Source: an archaeon (lineage in GTDB: Archaea; Nanobdellota; Nanobdellia; Woesearchaeales; GW2011-AR9). From it: a DNA stretch of 64,000 bases. The position numbers were made by a program, and so were the translations under genes. Under the pieces are notes generated by a model, which ran no database searches, was not told the origin of the DNA, and worked only from the letters and a program-made list of their open reading frames with translations. Below, in pieces: positions 20,501 to 29,886 of the stretch; within the stretch, counting starts at the first letter, position 1; each line of letters opens with the position of its first letter. Location of the stretch: assembly GCA_018670085.1 (NCBI GenBank), contig JABHRS010000037.1, positions 28,500 to 92,499 of the forward strand, read 5' to 3'.

Positions 20501-20737
20501 TGCTCTATCCCAAACATCAAATCCTTGAAGACGTTTGTATCTCAAGACCATATCTTTGAGTGATTTGTTCCATGCGTGTCCTAAATGAATTTTTCCGCTG
20601 GTGTATGGTGGTCCATCTAAGAAGTAGAATGGGTCTCCTTGTTTGTTTCGTTTTCGCAGATGATCTACGATTTTTTTAGATTTCCAAAACTTCAAAATTT
20701 GTTCTTCATTTTCCAGAGAATATTCGTTAAATTTCAT
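17591..20737 (-). CDS. ileS: Isoleucyl-tRNA synthetase (archaeal/eukaryal type)
   Basis: HIGH-type motif PYTSGKIHLGHAW and KMSKSIGN. 1048 aa class-I synthetase with editing and anticodon-binding regions. Confidence 0.95.
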   Translation of the reverse strand: MKFNEYSLENEEQILKFWKSKKIVDHLRKRNKQGDPFYFLDGPPYTSGKIHLGHAWNKSLKDMVLRYKRLQGFDVWDRAGFDMHGLPTEHKVMAKFNLKTKEDIKKFGYDKFSNECYNFCIEMMDAMIVDFERIGTTLDYSDPDQPIKPKRIEKVWSFIKKAHNNERLYLGKRALHWDPKDGSALAKHELEYKDITDDSIYLKFKIKGTENEHLLIWTTTPWTIPLNLMVVLHPDYDYVKCKVGEEVWIVAEKLAEKVIKEVAGKEFEIIETVKGSTFEGLEYTAPFEGEFAEVEEVRKTNSKIYSVLMSPDAVHLDEGTGLVHMAPGCGDTDYELCLRNGVQPFNPINEYGVYPDESKLFAGLVAKKDDAKFIELMEENGSLIAKKKIRHSYPHGERSKAAVIFRTTEQWFLKVNDLKEKMLANNEKVYWNPEAGKNGFRSWLSGLRDNSITKQRFWGTPVPIWQADGDKDDIIVIGSIEELKELASKETPVPENLHKPWIDDVVLEKDGKKYYRLPDVLDVWIDPGCQSWIMLDNEENMDRFYPPNFIVEGKDQIRAWFNLLWTCSHIDMGVPSFENVYMHGFVTDVDGVKMSKSIGNIISPYEVIDKHGADVLRLYMIGNNAGEDANFSWEELIVKERFLKIIWNVHKLLISNSKEAGVNPFEMNNKLEQMETGLEEKYILSRLQSTIATVTEMMNKYQLDKIGTVIESLFFDLSREYIQMSRDQLATGSKEEKAVVLATIAEVLFGGLKMLQVLCPFSTEIIFLNLKEEFTFNEESISHFAWPQVDNNLHNSELESQMAILAGVLQAGLNAREKVRMGLRWPMKELVVVSSDDVVFKSVEAVRDLLKAQLNVKDVTLLSELPGVSIEAEINMRSLGPKYGKNSVQVIKHIKSQKMADIISTINSEGNYSFKLIDGSEAKLVLDDFTINREVPKGFSESGFKGGFVYLNLERSPALEAEGYAREIMRAVQNQRKEAGLEKTDSIVLHVQVPDVLENDLKEFESMIARKVGADKLLLAQTKAARSHKHVLEFNVKKQSFVMAFDKV

Positions 20738-20875
20738 ATAGTACAGGAGAGTTAGAGATTATATAAAAAGCTTGCTTGTGTATTATCAGATCCACTCCAA
20801 AAATAACCCATTAAATCAGCTTAAACAAGTAGCAACAAAGAAATCTTTAAATAAGAATCTTGTCCTATCCCTAAC

Positions 20876-21553
20876 ATGGCTGACGCAAAAAAAAAAGAAG
20901 TACCTGCACATATTAAAGAATTTTACGATCGAACTCAAAGTATTGAAAACATTATCAATAACACTAGAAATGTACATTCTGATGCATATGTAACTGCCAC
21001 CAGTGTCCTTAAAGGTGAGAATGACAAACATCCAGTTTATTCCAAATTAGATGACGAAGACATTAGAAATAAATTCATCGACAAGTTAATTGATTCTTAC
21101 CTTCAATTTGCAATAAAAGAATCAGGATCAAACCCTCAAACTAGTTTTGAGAAAGATGTCCTATTACAAAAATACGTAGGTATCACTAGACAACAATTAG
21201 CAGGAATTGTAGAAAAGGAAGGATCCAACTATACTATAGATACTCACGAGAAATTAAGAGAATCGCTAGTCAAAGAACAAGAAAAAAAATTAAGGCCACT
21301 TGCCAGCGGTCATCTTAAAGATGAACATATTGATGACATTCTTGAACACACTGGAACTAAACAATACTTCAACAAAAATGTACTAGAATTAGAAAAAGCT
21401 GCTTCTTTGTTAGGTTTGTACAAAAACAATGGTGAGATTGGAATTGGTGCCATGAGGCAACTTAAAGACCAATTTGGTGGAGATGCTTATTTTACCACAG
21501 ATACCATCAAACAAATGAAGAATTTAAAGGATAACTACAAAAAAGGAAATTAA
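20876..21553 (+). CDS. Hypothetical protein, paralogue A of a tandem pair
   Basis: Shares EFY.R...I...I......HS..Y.....LK...,...ID.L.DSY...., GIT...L.G and DDIL.HT.T...FN..L motifs with the adjacent ORF. Confidence 0.55.
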   Translation: MADAKKKEVPAHIKEFYDRTQSIENIINNTRNVHSDAYVTATSVLKGENDKHPVYSKLDDEDIRNKFIDKLIDSYLQFAIKESGSNPQTSFEKDVLLQKYVGITRQQLAGIVEKEGSNYTIDTHEKLRESLVKEQEKKLRPLASGHLKDEHIDDILEHTGTKQYFNKNVLELEKAASLLGLYKNNGEIGIGAMRQLKDQFGGDAYFTTDTIKQMKNLKDNYKKGN

Positions 21554-21769
21554 TTCTTTTTGTTCATTTTTTATTCTATTTTTTTTATTTTTATTCAATT
21601 TCTACACTTGTCACAGATTCTAAAGCCAAACTTGATCAAAATTGCTCACTTTTTCAATTAATTTTAAATAAATCAGAGATATCTATCTATAATTGATGGC
21701 AATTATGTCACAGAAACAATTTGCTTCATGTAACATTTTGATTCATGAACCTAAAAACAAAATAAAAAA

Positions 21770-22456
21770 ATGGTAAAATACGAAGAAGGAGTTCCAAAAT
21801 CTGTACAAGAGTTTTACTCTCGAGGTGATAAAATAAAAGAGATGATAGATTTGTCTGAACAAATGCATTCAGCTGTCTACCTTGACGCACGAAGAAAATT
21901 AAAAGCACACACAGGTGAAGCTGGACTACAAAATTTAGAATCAAAAGAAAATCAAGAATTTTTAATCGACGCTTTAGTTGACTCGTACATATCCCACATC
22001 GCAGACAATCAAGGAAGAGAAGCACCAACTGATGCATTTAAAAAAGAGGTTTTTTTGCAACAACAAACAGGTATCACTAAGTCTGCACTTGGCGGCTACA
22101 TTAGAAGTGCAAAAAGTGATTACACTTTATCACGTCATGAACAGGTAAGAAAAACATTTGTTGACAAACAAAGAAATGAGTTAGCAGCAACTAAGACCAG
22201 CCATATGACTGATAGTGATTTAGATGACATCTTAAGACATACCAAAACTGATAAGATGTTTAATAGAGATTTATTAAACACTCAACTTGGCGGAATTATT
22301 TTGGATGTCTACAGAAGTAATGGTGTCTTTGATTACGGAACTATTGACCAAATTGCTCAAAGTACAAAAGGAGAAACAGATTTCAATCAATACTTGACAG
22401 CAGACGCTAAAAAGCAAAAAAAAGATATGGTCAATAATTATGCTATGTCACGATAA
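21770..22456 (+). CDS. Hypothetical protein, paralogue B of a tandem pair
   Basis: See 20876..21553. Similar length (228 vs 225 aa) and collinear motifs. Confidence 0.55.
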   Translation: MVKYEEGVPKSVQEFYSRGDKIKEMIDLSEQMHSAVYLDARRKLKAHTGEAGLQNLESKENQEFLIDALVDSYISHIADNQGREAPTDAFKKEVFLQQQTGITKSALGGYIRSAKSDYTLSRHEQVRKTFVDKQRNELAATKTSHMTDSDLDDILRHTKTDKMFNRDLLNTQLGGIILDVYRSNGVFDYGTIDQIAQSTKGETDFNQYLTADAKKQKKDMVNNYAMSR

Positions 22457-22500
22457 AGAAACAAATCATAACAAAACAATCAAAACATAAACCTCAAAAA

Positions 22501-23241
22501 CTACTGCAACTTACACAATAATGGTCTTTTTCCGTTTATCTTAAGATCATATATGTCACCTGAATCGATCTTAAACAATTCCTCCCTAGTTATGTCAAAC
22601 CGATGATCATAAGAAAAAGTATCACCTTCTTTTAACATTCCAGAAAAACAGGTTCTAAAATAACAATCCCACTCTGAGACATCAAAAGTATAAACGCCAT
22701 CAGAATTCTCCACATAAAAGATATAATTAGCAACATGTGCTTTCCCTTCCGGTCTTCCTACGTGTCCTTCTTCTACAATTTTTGATTCAATGCCAACAAC
22801 AACACCTTCTACTTGATCTCTCATATGACCCTCATTCACTTCATGCAATGAATACCCAGCATGAGCAATTCCTCCCCATAAAGCTAATTGTAAAACACCA
22901 AGCAGTGCAGATCCCAACAGTTTCATCCCATAACCCACAGAAGTAGTCGCTTGAACATCACTATCGCCACTCACTTGACATCTAAAATCTTCATATAGGA
23001 AACTTAATTCATTTTCATCCAACCCATATCTATCCCTAGCTTCTGTGATTAAGGTATTTAGTCGATCTCTATCACTTGATGGAGCATTTTCACCCAAGGC
23101 AACCGCCCTTCTATCAATTAAATTTTCAAGTAATAATAACTCATCTTCTTTAACTGGACGTCCAAGTATTCCCTCTAACTCTTTGATATGGTCTGTCATA
23201 AAATGTTCAAAACAGCCATTTTTTAAAAAGTTATATCTCAA
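22501..23241 (-). CDS. Hypothetical protein with one central TM helix, GC-elevated (about 40%)
   Basis: ORF with a hydrophobic segment LLGSALLGVLQLALWGGIA. No recognisable motif. Confidence 0.45.
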   Translation of the reverse strand: MRYNFLKNGCFEHFMTDHIKELEGILGRPVKEDELLLLENLIDRRAVALGENAPSSDRDRLNTLITEARDRYGLDENELSFLYEDFRCQVSGDSDVQATTSVGYGMKLLGSALLGVLQLALWGGIAHAGYSLHEVNEGHMRDQVEGVVVGIESKIVEEGHVGRPEGKAHVANYIFYVENSDGVYTFDVSEWDCYFRTCFSGMLKEGDTFSYDHRFDITREELFKIDSGDIYDLKINGKRPLLCKLQ

Positions 23242-23423
23242 AATAGTAAATAAATCAACAAAACAACCTAACTTAACTCAAATGTCCCACTCGCTCCCAA
23301 AGCATTAAATAGCTTGTGAATATAGTATATATGTAGTAGACATTTTTGTCACACAAAATACTATTAATAATTGGGGAAAATTGGGGTTTTTGGTAAAATA
23401 ATACAAGAAAAGGAGATATATCT

Positions 23424-25349
23424 ATGGCAAAAAAAACATCAAAAAAAGGGACTAAATCATTAAAAGCAAAATCAGTTAAAACAGTTAATCCAAAAGATCA
23501 AGCTGTTGCAACAATTCCACCGGCACCAACTGGAGCAAACACACCTAACATCCCTCCAGAGATGCAACAAAAACTATCAAAATTACAAGAAAAATTAACC
23601 AAATTCAAAGATCAAGTTCTCGATAAATTTGGGGATTATATTGTTGGAATTACTGTTCTTCCACCACAAAAAAACCCAATTCCAGATCCATCTAACCCTA
23701 ATCAACAAGAAAATAAAAATGCAAAACCAAATCCTAATGAAGTACCAATTTTGGTTTTAGTAGATGATACAACCAGTAAAAAGATGACCAAAGATGAACT
23801 TCATAAAAAGTTCTCAACCATCATTAATGAAATTGCAGGTAAAGTTGATAAAAATTTCAAAGCACAAAGTATGTTATTAACTGACCTTTGGCAAAATTAT
23901 TACGACTCCAAGTATGAAATTTCTAAATTAATTGCAATGGGTGCACCAATCCATGATACTGGAATGTTAGCTGCGATTAAAATTTCCGAAATTCACAAAA
24001 CTATGGTTTTAAAGAAATTCGAAAAATACATTTTAACTTATGTTCTAGCAGGATCTTTAACACAAGGCCGTGCTACTGAAAAATCCGACATTGATGTTTG
24101 GATTGTAATTGATGACACCGATGTTAAGAAAATGTCAAGACTTGAACTTAAGGAAAAGTTAAGATCAATCATTATTGGAATGGGTGCTGAAGCTGGTCAA
24201 ATGACTGGAATCACAAACAAACTAAACATCCAAGTATACATTTTAACTGACTTTTGGGATTCACTAAAAGAAGCAAACCCAATAATTTTCACTCTATTAA
24301 GAGATGGAATTCCAATGTATGATCGTGGAATCTTTATGCCTTGGAAACAGTTATTACGACTTGGAAAAATTAAACCTAGCCGTGAAGCAATTGACATTTT
24401 CATGCAAAGTGGAGAACAGATGCAAAAGCGTATTCAGTTCAAACTTCGTGAAATTGGAATGGAAGATTTGTACTATGCAGCTTTAACTCCAAGTCAGGCA
24501 GCTATCATGCTTTATGGTTTGCCGCCACCAACTCCAAGAGAAACTCCTGAAGTACTTGAAGAAGTATTTGTTAAAAAGGAAAAAATGCTTGAAGCTAAGT
24601 GGGTAAAAATCTTAAAGAGAAATGTACAAGTTAGAAAAGATCTTGAGCACGGCGATAAAAAAGCAATATCAGGTATTGAAATTGATAAAATCATTAAAGA
24701 GACTGAAGAATTTTTAGCGAGGATTAAAAAACTTTTCACTCAAATTGAAGAAAGAAAAGAGCAAAAAAGTTTAATTCACCTTCATGACGAAGTTGTTACA
24801 ATTATTCGTGACATCTTAAGTTTAGAAGGAGTTAAGCGTGCTAAAGAATCTGAAATTGTTAAAATCTTTGAAAATGAGTTAATTACTTCAGGTAAAGTAC
24901 CTAACAAATTTTTAAGAGATCTAAACGAAGTTATTGTAGCTAAGAAGAAATCTGAAAGTGGAAAACTTACTAAAACTGACTTACATAAAGCAAAGAAAGG
25001 CAGTATGGGTTTAATTCGATTTTTAGTAGATTACTTACAGATGAAGCGTGGACGTGAATTACAACGTGCAAAGATCAGAGTAAAACATGGATCCAAATTT
25101 GCTGAGATTACTTTAATCGATGCTGAAGCTTTTATTATCCGTGATATTGATGCACGTGATGGTAAGATCGAAAAAGCTGCAATGAGTAAAGACGGCAGTT
25201 TTGGAGTTGCTAAAAAAAGTAATATGGAAGAGTTTGAAAAAGCTCTTGCATCAGCTAAGTTTCCGCAGCGTGTCTTCATTAAAGAACCAGTGTTTGAAGC
25301 AATTAAGAAACACTTTGGTCCTGAAGCTGAAGTCTTGCTTCATTACTAA
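23424..25349 (+). CDS. Large lysine-rich hypothetical protein with a nucleotidyltransferase (Pol-beta-like) motif
   Basis: AGSLTQGRATEKSDIDVWIVIDD matches the GS...SDiD nucleotidyltransferase signature. Strong SD-like aaaggaga upstream of the ATG. Confidence 0.5.
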   Translation: MAKKTSKKGTKSLKAKSVKTVNPKDQAVATIPPAPTGANTPNIPPEMQQKLSKLQEKLTKFKDQVLDKFGDYIVGITVLPPQKNPIPDPSNPNQQENKNAKPNPNEVPILVLVDDTTSKKMTKDELHKKFSTIINEIAGKVDKNFKAQSMLLTDLWQNYYDSKYEISKLIAMGAPIHDTGMLAAIKISEIHKTMVLKKFEKYILTYVLAGSLTQGRATEKSDIDVWIVIDDTDVKKMSRLELKEKLRSIIIGMGAEAGQMTGITNKLNIQVYILTDFWDSLKEANPIIFTLLRDGIPMYDRGIFMPWKQLLRLGKIKPSREAIDIFMQSGEQMQKRIQFKLREIGMEDLYYAALTPSQAAIMLYGLPPPTPRETPEVLEEVFVKKEKMLEAKWVKILKRNVQVRKDLEHGDKKAISGIEIDKIIKETEEFLARIKKLFTQIEERKEQKSLIHLHDEVVTIIRDILSLEGVKRAKESEIVKIFENELITSGKVPNKFLRDLNEVIVAKKKSESGKLTKTDLHKAKKGSMGLIRFLVDYLQMKRGRELQRAKIRVKHGSKFAEITLIDAEAFIIRDIDARDGKIEKAAMSKDGSFGVAKKSNMEEFEKALASAKFPQRVFIKEPVFEAIKKHFGPEAEVLLHY

Positions 25350-25372
25350 AAAAAAAATACATTGGCGCGTGG

Positions 25373-25496
25373 GTCCACATGCTGGAATATGAAAGAAAAC
25401 TTGCGAACTTTCACAAGCAATTTTGGTTTGTCATAAACCAAAATAGTAAGCGAAGTGAAATGAAGTAGCCCAGCCTGACCACCGCCAAAATTTTGT
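25373..25496 (+). ncRNA. Candidate structured small RNA (class unknown) in a GC-rich island within an AT-rich intergenic region
   Basis: 5' UGGCG..UGGG and 3' CCCA..CGCCA ends are complementary. Internal perfect hairpins CUUG-CGAACUUUCA-CAAG and UUUGGUUU-GUCAUA-AAACCAAA. No ORF. Poly-A/T flanks. Confidence 0.25.
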
Positions 25497-25605
25497 AGCT
25501 ATGATTTTTTTCTTCTTTTTTCTTTTATTTACATTTACTTCCAGATACTTTGGATTCTTTTGGAATTTGAACCTGTTATTCTGTTGAGACTTAGTTTCTA
25601 CTCAG

Positions 25606-26904
25606 TTGTGGTTAATCAGACAAAATATTTATAAAAAAGGCTTAGAAAATCATACTATGTCAAACATTACACTCCACTCAGGGCAAATAGCTGCTTTAGA
25701 ACAACTTACTAAGATTCTTTCAGAGCCCCAACCAATAGACAAAGCAAGAATTCTCGCATTAACTGGAATCAGTGGAGTTGGTAAAGATACAGCTTGGAAA
25801 ACAATTGCTGCAGATTATCCAGATAAAATATTTACACCTCATTATATGTTAAGGTCGCCAATCATAGGAAAAGGTTATACTAGAGTTACAACAACAACTC
25901 AATCTGAATTTTCAAAATATTCAAGAGACCCAGTTACTGCAATTATTGTAAAAGGAATGAATGAAGAAGAAACTGTTAGATATTTAGATTCTTCTGGCAA
26001 AGATTTTGGAAAAATTTCAATGGATCAATTGATTGAACATAGTCTTGGAATTCCACTACTTGCTGATCGGCTTTTGCAAAATCCAGATCTTGATGAATCA
26101 CAACTTGCAATGATTGCAGGGTCATACTTAAGAGTCAATTTCAGTTATCAACAAGCAGAGGAGATTAGATTAGATAAAACACAGCTTGAAAAATATTTTA
26201 ATCTGCCAGTGAGTGAAAGTATAAAAACAACCTTTGAGAATTTAAGTTATAGACAAGGAAAAATTGATTTTAGTTGGGATTTATCCAGAATATTGAAAAA
26301 GCAAGCACTTGTGAAAAAAAGATATGGTTATAAATTATTAAATCCATTTCTGAAGTGTCCAGCAAGTTCAGATTTATACAAATCTGTGGGACGAGATTAC
26401 GGCAATGATCCCAGATTAAATCTTTTTGCAGCTAATTTAAGTGAAGAACAGTGTAAATTAATTGAACATGAATTATTTCCAAGGGTATATTTGAATAGTC
26501 ATACTGGTACTCGATTTGATATGTTTTCAGCAGACTTTCGAAAAGTAACCATGCAAATGCAAGATCATCAAAAAGAACATGTGATTTGTGAAGAAGGTAT
26601 TGCTGAACATTTTAGGTCTTATCAAGATTATAGTATTCAAGGAAATTTACCAATTACTAGTCTTCAGGGAAAAAAAGGAACTTTCAAATTTCATGCACAT
26701 GAACATGATGGGATGGTTACTAACCAATTACATGGGGCAATGGCAGTTGAATCACTACTGCAACATATGGGTGTTCCCTACATTATTGATTTTGGAATGC
26801 TTAAAAAAGGATTTAAATATCATCCAAAAACTAATCAATTAGAAGAGATAGATCAGTTTGATCAAAGGTTGTCTCGGGTTAGAAATGAGCGCTCGAATTG
26901 GTGA
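25606..26904 (+). CDS. P-loop NTPase-like hypothetical protein. Likely start at the Met near 25657.
   Basis: Walker-A-like LTGISGVGKDT near the N-terminus. The remainder is unassigned. Confidence 0.5.
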   Translation: MWLIRQNIYKKGLENHTMSNITLHSGQIAALEQLTKILSEPQPIDKARILALTGISGVGKDTAWKTIAADYPDKIFTPHYMLRSPIIGKGYTRVTTTTQSEFSKYSRDPVTAIIVKGMNEEETVRYLDSSGKDFGKISMDQLIEHSLGIPLLADRLLQNPDLDESQLAMIAGSYLRVNFSYQQAEEIRLDKTQLEKYFNLPVSESIKTTFENLSYRQGKIDFSWDLSRILKKQALVKKRYGYKLLNPFLKCPASSDLYKSVGRDYGNDPRLNLFAANLSEEQCKLIEHELFPRVYLNSHTGTRFDMFSADFRKVTMQMQDHQKEHVICEEGIAEHFRSYQDYSIQGNLPITSLQGKKGTFKFHAHEHDGMVTNQLHGAMAVESLLQHMGVPYIIDFGMLKKGFKYHPKTNQLEEIDQFDQRLSRVRNERSNW

Positions 26905-26983
26905 GAAAGTTAAATAAATTCCAATTGGAAATATCTATTCAAAACGTAACATTAAAAAAGCCAAAAATCTTTCTAAGTAATGG

Positions 26984-27655
26984 ATGGTAGTTAAAAAAAA
27001 AGTTTCTAAAAAAAAGAAAACTAGTGTAGCTACTAAATCCAGAACCAAAACTTCAAAATCCAAATCTAAAAAAAGAGTTACCACCAGACAAATTGATTCT
27101 AAACTTAAGAAAGTTCTAAACGTAGAAAAACATATTGAATCTGAACTTAAAGGGTTAAAAAAATTAGAAAGAAAAGTTGAAAAAGAAGAGCGAGCAGCTT
27201 TGAAAGCTCAAAAAGAAATCAAAAAAGAAGAAAAAAGAATAGAAAAACAACTTTTCAAAATCGGAAAATTCACATTCAAACGTAAACATATGCTTGAAGC
27301 AATTCGTGGAACGGCTGGAGCATTCTTAGGTGTTGGTCTTGGAAAAAGTCTTTTGAGTTTTGAAACTTTAGCAACAGAATTACCTTGGTTCAATATCATC
27401 GGGATCTTAATATTTATCATTTTAGTATCAGCGCTTTTAATTTACAAAAACGAACATGATTTCATCAAAAAAGAAGGCATGCAAATTGTATACAAAAAGC
27501 TAATTTTTCTTTACGCAATCAGTATTACTATAGAATTCTTTGCACTTTGGTTATTTGGTGGTTTAACTGGTCTAGCTGGATTAGAAATGTTAAAAATAAT
27601 CATCCTTGGTAGTTATGCTGCGATGGCTGGTGCTGTTACTTTTACAATGGCATAA
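26984..27655 (+). CDS. Membrane protein with a Lys-rich coiled N-terminus and three C-terminal TM helices
   Basis: [10 protein letters not shown]... basic/coiled N-terminal region followed by hydrophobic helices. Confidence 0.45.
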   Translation: MVVKKKVSKKKKTSVATKSRTKTSKSKSKKRVTTRQIDSKLKKVLNVEKHIESELKGLKKLERKVEKEERAALKAQKEIKKEEKRIEKQLFKIGKFTFKRKHMLEAIRGTAGAFLGVGLGKSLLSFETLATELPWFNIIGILIFIILVSALLIYKNEHDFIKKEGMQIVYKKLIFLYAISITIEFFALWLFGGLTGLAGLEMLKIIILGSYAAMAGAVTFTMA

Positions 27656-27729
27656 TAGGCTGTAAATTACTACCATTGAATGACTAATTAGGGAAGATTT
27701 ATAAAAAATCAAGCATATTCACATAAACT

Positions 27730-28236
27730 ATGCAATTTGATGAAACATGTTTAATCTTTCACGGAACCACTGAAGAATATTTACAAAGTCAATTTCGAAA
27801 ATTTACTGGCCTATACAGAGGTGAACCTACAACCGGCAGCCCACTGTATTTTGGAGCCTTAGAAAGAGTACAACCAGATACAGATTGGGAAGAACCACTC
27901 TACCGAGGAGCATTTATTGACAAATCTGTTGAAATGCCAATGTATTGTGCTACAATGCATGCAATATCATTCAAAGCAAAACCAATTATGTTAATTACGA
28001 ATTTGGACTTAATTAGAGACAGAATATCTTATGACAATTCTTGTTATCCACTAATTAGAGGTGGCTGGCCAGAAAGAACTTTCATTCAAGTTGATTTAAG
28101 CTATATCGCAAATTTTCAAGAACCATCAGATTTCAATAGAGAACTCTTAGCAACAACCCTCAAAGAAGCAACAGCCAATCAAAAAAGATTCAAGGTGCCA
28201 GAAAATATTCACTGGGATAATATACTCCAACACTAA
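27730..28236 (+). CDS. Hypothetical protein
   Basis: ORF with N-terminal LIFHGTTEEY and later YRG. Reminiscent of HGT-motif ADP-ribosyltransferase-fold proteins but not assignable. Confidence 0.4.
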   Translation: MQFDETCLIFHGTTEEYLQSQFRKFTGLYRGEPTTGSPLYFGALERVQPDTDWEEPLYRGAFIDKSVEMPMYCATMHAISFKAKPIMLITNLDLIRDRISYDNSCYPLIRGGWPERTFIQVDLSYIANFQEPSDFNRELLATTLKEATANQKRFKVPENIHWDNILQH

Positions 28237-28397
28237 AAAACAAAAAACATCCAGAACTAAAAAGAGATTACTTCTACACTAGATAAAATAATTCATTACT
28301 TATTTCAAACTCTTCAAATGGATAATTCCAAAGAATACTCTATATGTTGGAGAAATCACTACTATTGGATGACTAATTACAAAAGATTTATAAATAA

Positions 28398-29870
28398 TTG
28401 GCCTATCAAGCTGTTATGACAGTTCAAGATTCCACAGACAAGAAATATTCTCTCCCTGAGCTCCCATCTAATTTTGAGTTTCAACCAAACCCACTAAATA
28501 GTATAATCCAAAAATATAATCAATTAAAAGAATTTTTACAACCTGATAATTATGGTGTCAACGGCTGTGGAGTTATAGAAAAAGAGGAATATTATGCAGA
28601 AATACCTATAATAAAGACAGAACTACCACTCATTAACTATTTATCACTCCACCACAAAGGCTATGAAGAAATTTCTCCACAAAACCCTAACTTTGGCCAA
28701 GACGCTGATTACGAGTTTATTAAATCACTACCCCCTCACCTTTCCGATAGCAAGATTCAACTTTCTAATCTAAGTGAATTACTCAAGCAACTAGCACCAC
28801 CAATTATCGCTCAAGAAGAATGTGAAGTCTATAAACAAGCACTAATAGAAGCCCCAACAATTATTCCTGTAGATGATTTAGATGAAATTGTTGAGATGAT
28901 GCTTGCAACTGATTATACAATGGCTTATCGAGAGTTAAGCCCTGTTGTAATGAGTACATCCAATCAATTACCAAGCTATCAACGACGAAGAGTAAAAAGA
29001 CTACTTGAGATTGGTAGAACCATTGGTGAAAATACTTTACTCTCACCATTGTTTAAACAAACTGTAAGTGATGGCTATCAGATTAGAGTTATTCAGCCAG
29101 GTGGATCACAAGATGACCTCAGAAGTGATCTTGCAAATGTAAAATTATGCTGGATTAATCAATCAAACGAACACGCAGCAAGATCAATGGATCAAAGCAG
29201 ATGGTTACAAAATGACACAGACCTTGGTGCTTGTGTTCAATTAATTGGTGAACAGGTTGATAGTTCTTCAAGAATACCCAAAGTTTACATGAGAAACTAT
29301 GTAGCAGAGACTAAAGATGGAGAAAGAATGTTATTTTTGGATACTATTGAAGGAGGAAATATTGCTTGGTCGGACCCTAAATCTTGGATAGATCAAGGAA
29401 GAGGAAAAGAATTATTATATCATTTAGCAGCAACAATTTGCATGGCAAAAACAATGCAATTAAAAAAAATTGGACTTGGAGAAAGAGAATTTCAAAATAT
29501 TGCTTCAACTTTTGGTTACAGAGAAGAGACATTATTTGATACTGCACAAGCATATAGAAAATTGGGAATTCAAACTGATATATTAAAACGTATTGGACCA
29601 TATAATTTTCAAATGTATGCAAGTACTAGCAGAAGAGTCATTAATATTGATGAAATATATGCCCCATCTTTAGACGAATTACAGGTTAGTGTTGACCAAA
29701 TAACTCAGTTTATGACAACTGCAAAAAAAACTATAAAAAAAAATGTTTCAAAAAGAGAAGAAGTTTCATTGTATGTTCAAGCAATGGAAGGTATTAATCA
29801 GACATTGTATCAAAACCAGGGAATTCAAGATTCTTTAGATTCTATTAAAAGTACAATTGCTCTATATTAA
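28398..29870 (+). CDS. Hypothetical protein (490 aa)
   Basis: Long ORF, no recognisable motif. Confidence 0.5.
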   Translation: MAYQAVMTVQDSTDKKYSLPELPSNFEFQPNPLNSIIQKYNQLKEFLQPDNYGVNGCGVIEKEEYYAEIPIIKTELPLINYLSLHHKGYEEISPQNPNFGQDADYEFIKSLPPHLSDSKIQLSNLSELLKQLAPPIIAQEECEVYKQALIEAPTIIPVDDLDEIVEMMLATDYTMAYRELSPVVMSTSNQLPSYQRRRVKRLLEIGRTIGENTLLSPLFKQTVSDGYQIRVIQPGGSQDDLRSDLANVKLCWINQSNEHAARSMDQSRWLQNDTDLGACVQLIGEQVDSSSRIPKVYMRNYVAETKDGERMLFLDTIEGGNIAWSDPKSWIDQGRGKELLYHLAATICMAKTMQLKKIGLGEREFQNIASTFGYREETLFDTAQAYRKLGIQTDILKRIGPYNFQMYASTSRRVINIDEIYAPSLDELQVSVDQITQFMTTAKKTIKKNVSKREEVSLYVQAMEGINQTLYQNQGIQDSLDSIKSTIALY

Positions 29871-29886
29871 ACTAATTAATACAAAA

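Noticed and set aside
25373-25496. Possibility that the GC-rich intergenic element is 5S rRNA (similar size, GAAGUGAAA-like and CGAAC-like segments)
   Set aside because: Helix arrangement does not match the 5S three-way junction: two stand-alone hairpins sit in the middle, and the 3' domain is about 20 nt too short. No adjacent rRNA operon. Kept only as an unclassified ncRNA candidate.
27730-28236. Calling the 168-aa ORF an HGT-motif ADP-ribosyltransferase/Tpt1-like enzyme
   Set aside because: Only an HGT tripeptide and a distal Arg are visible. The protein lacks the Tpt1 N-domain and the spacing cannot be verified without a profile search.
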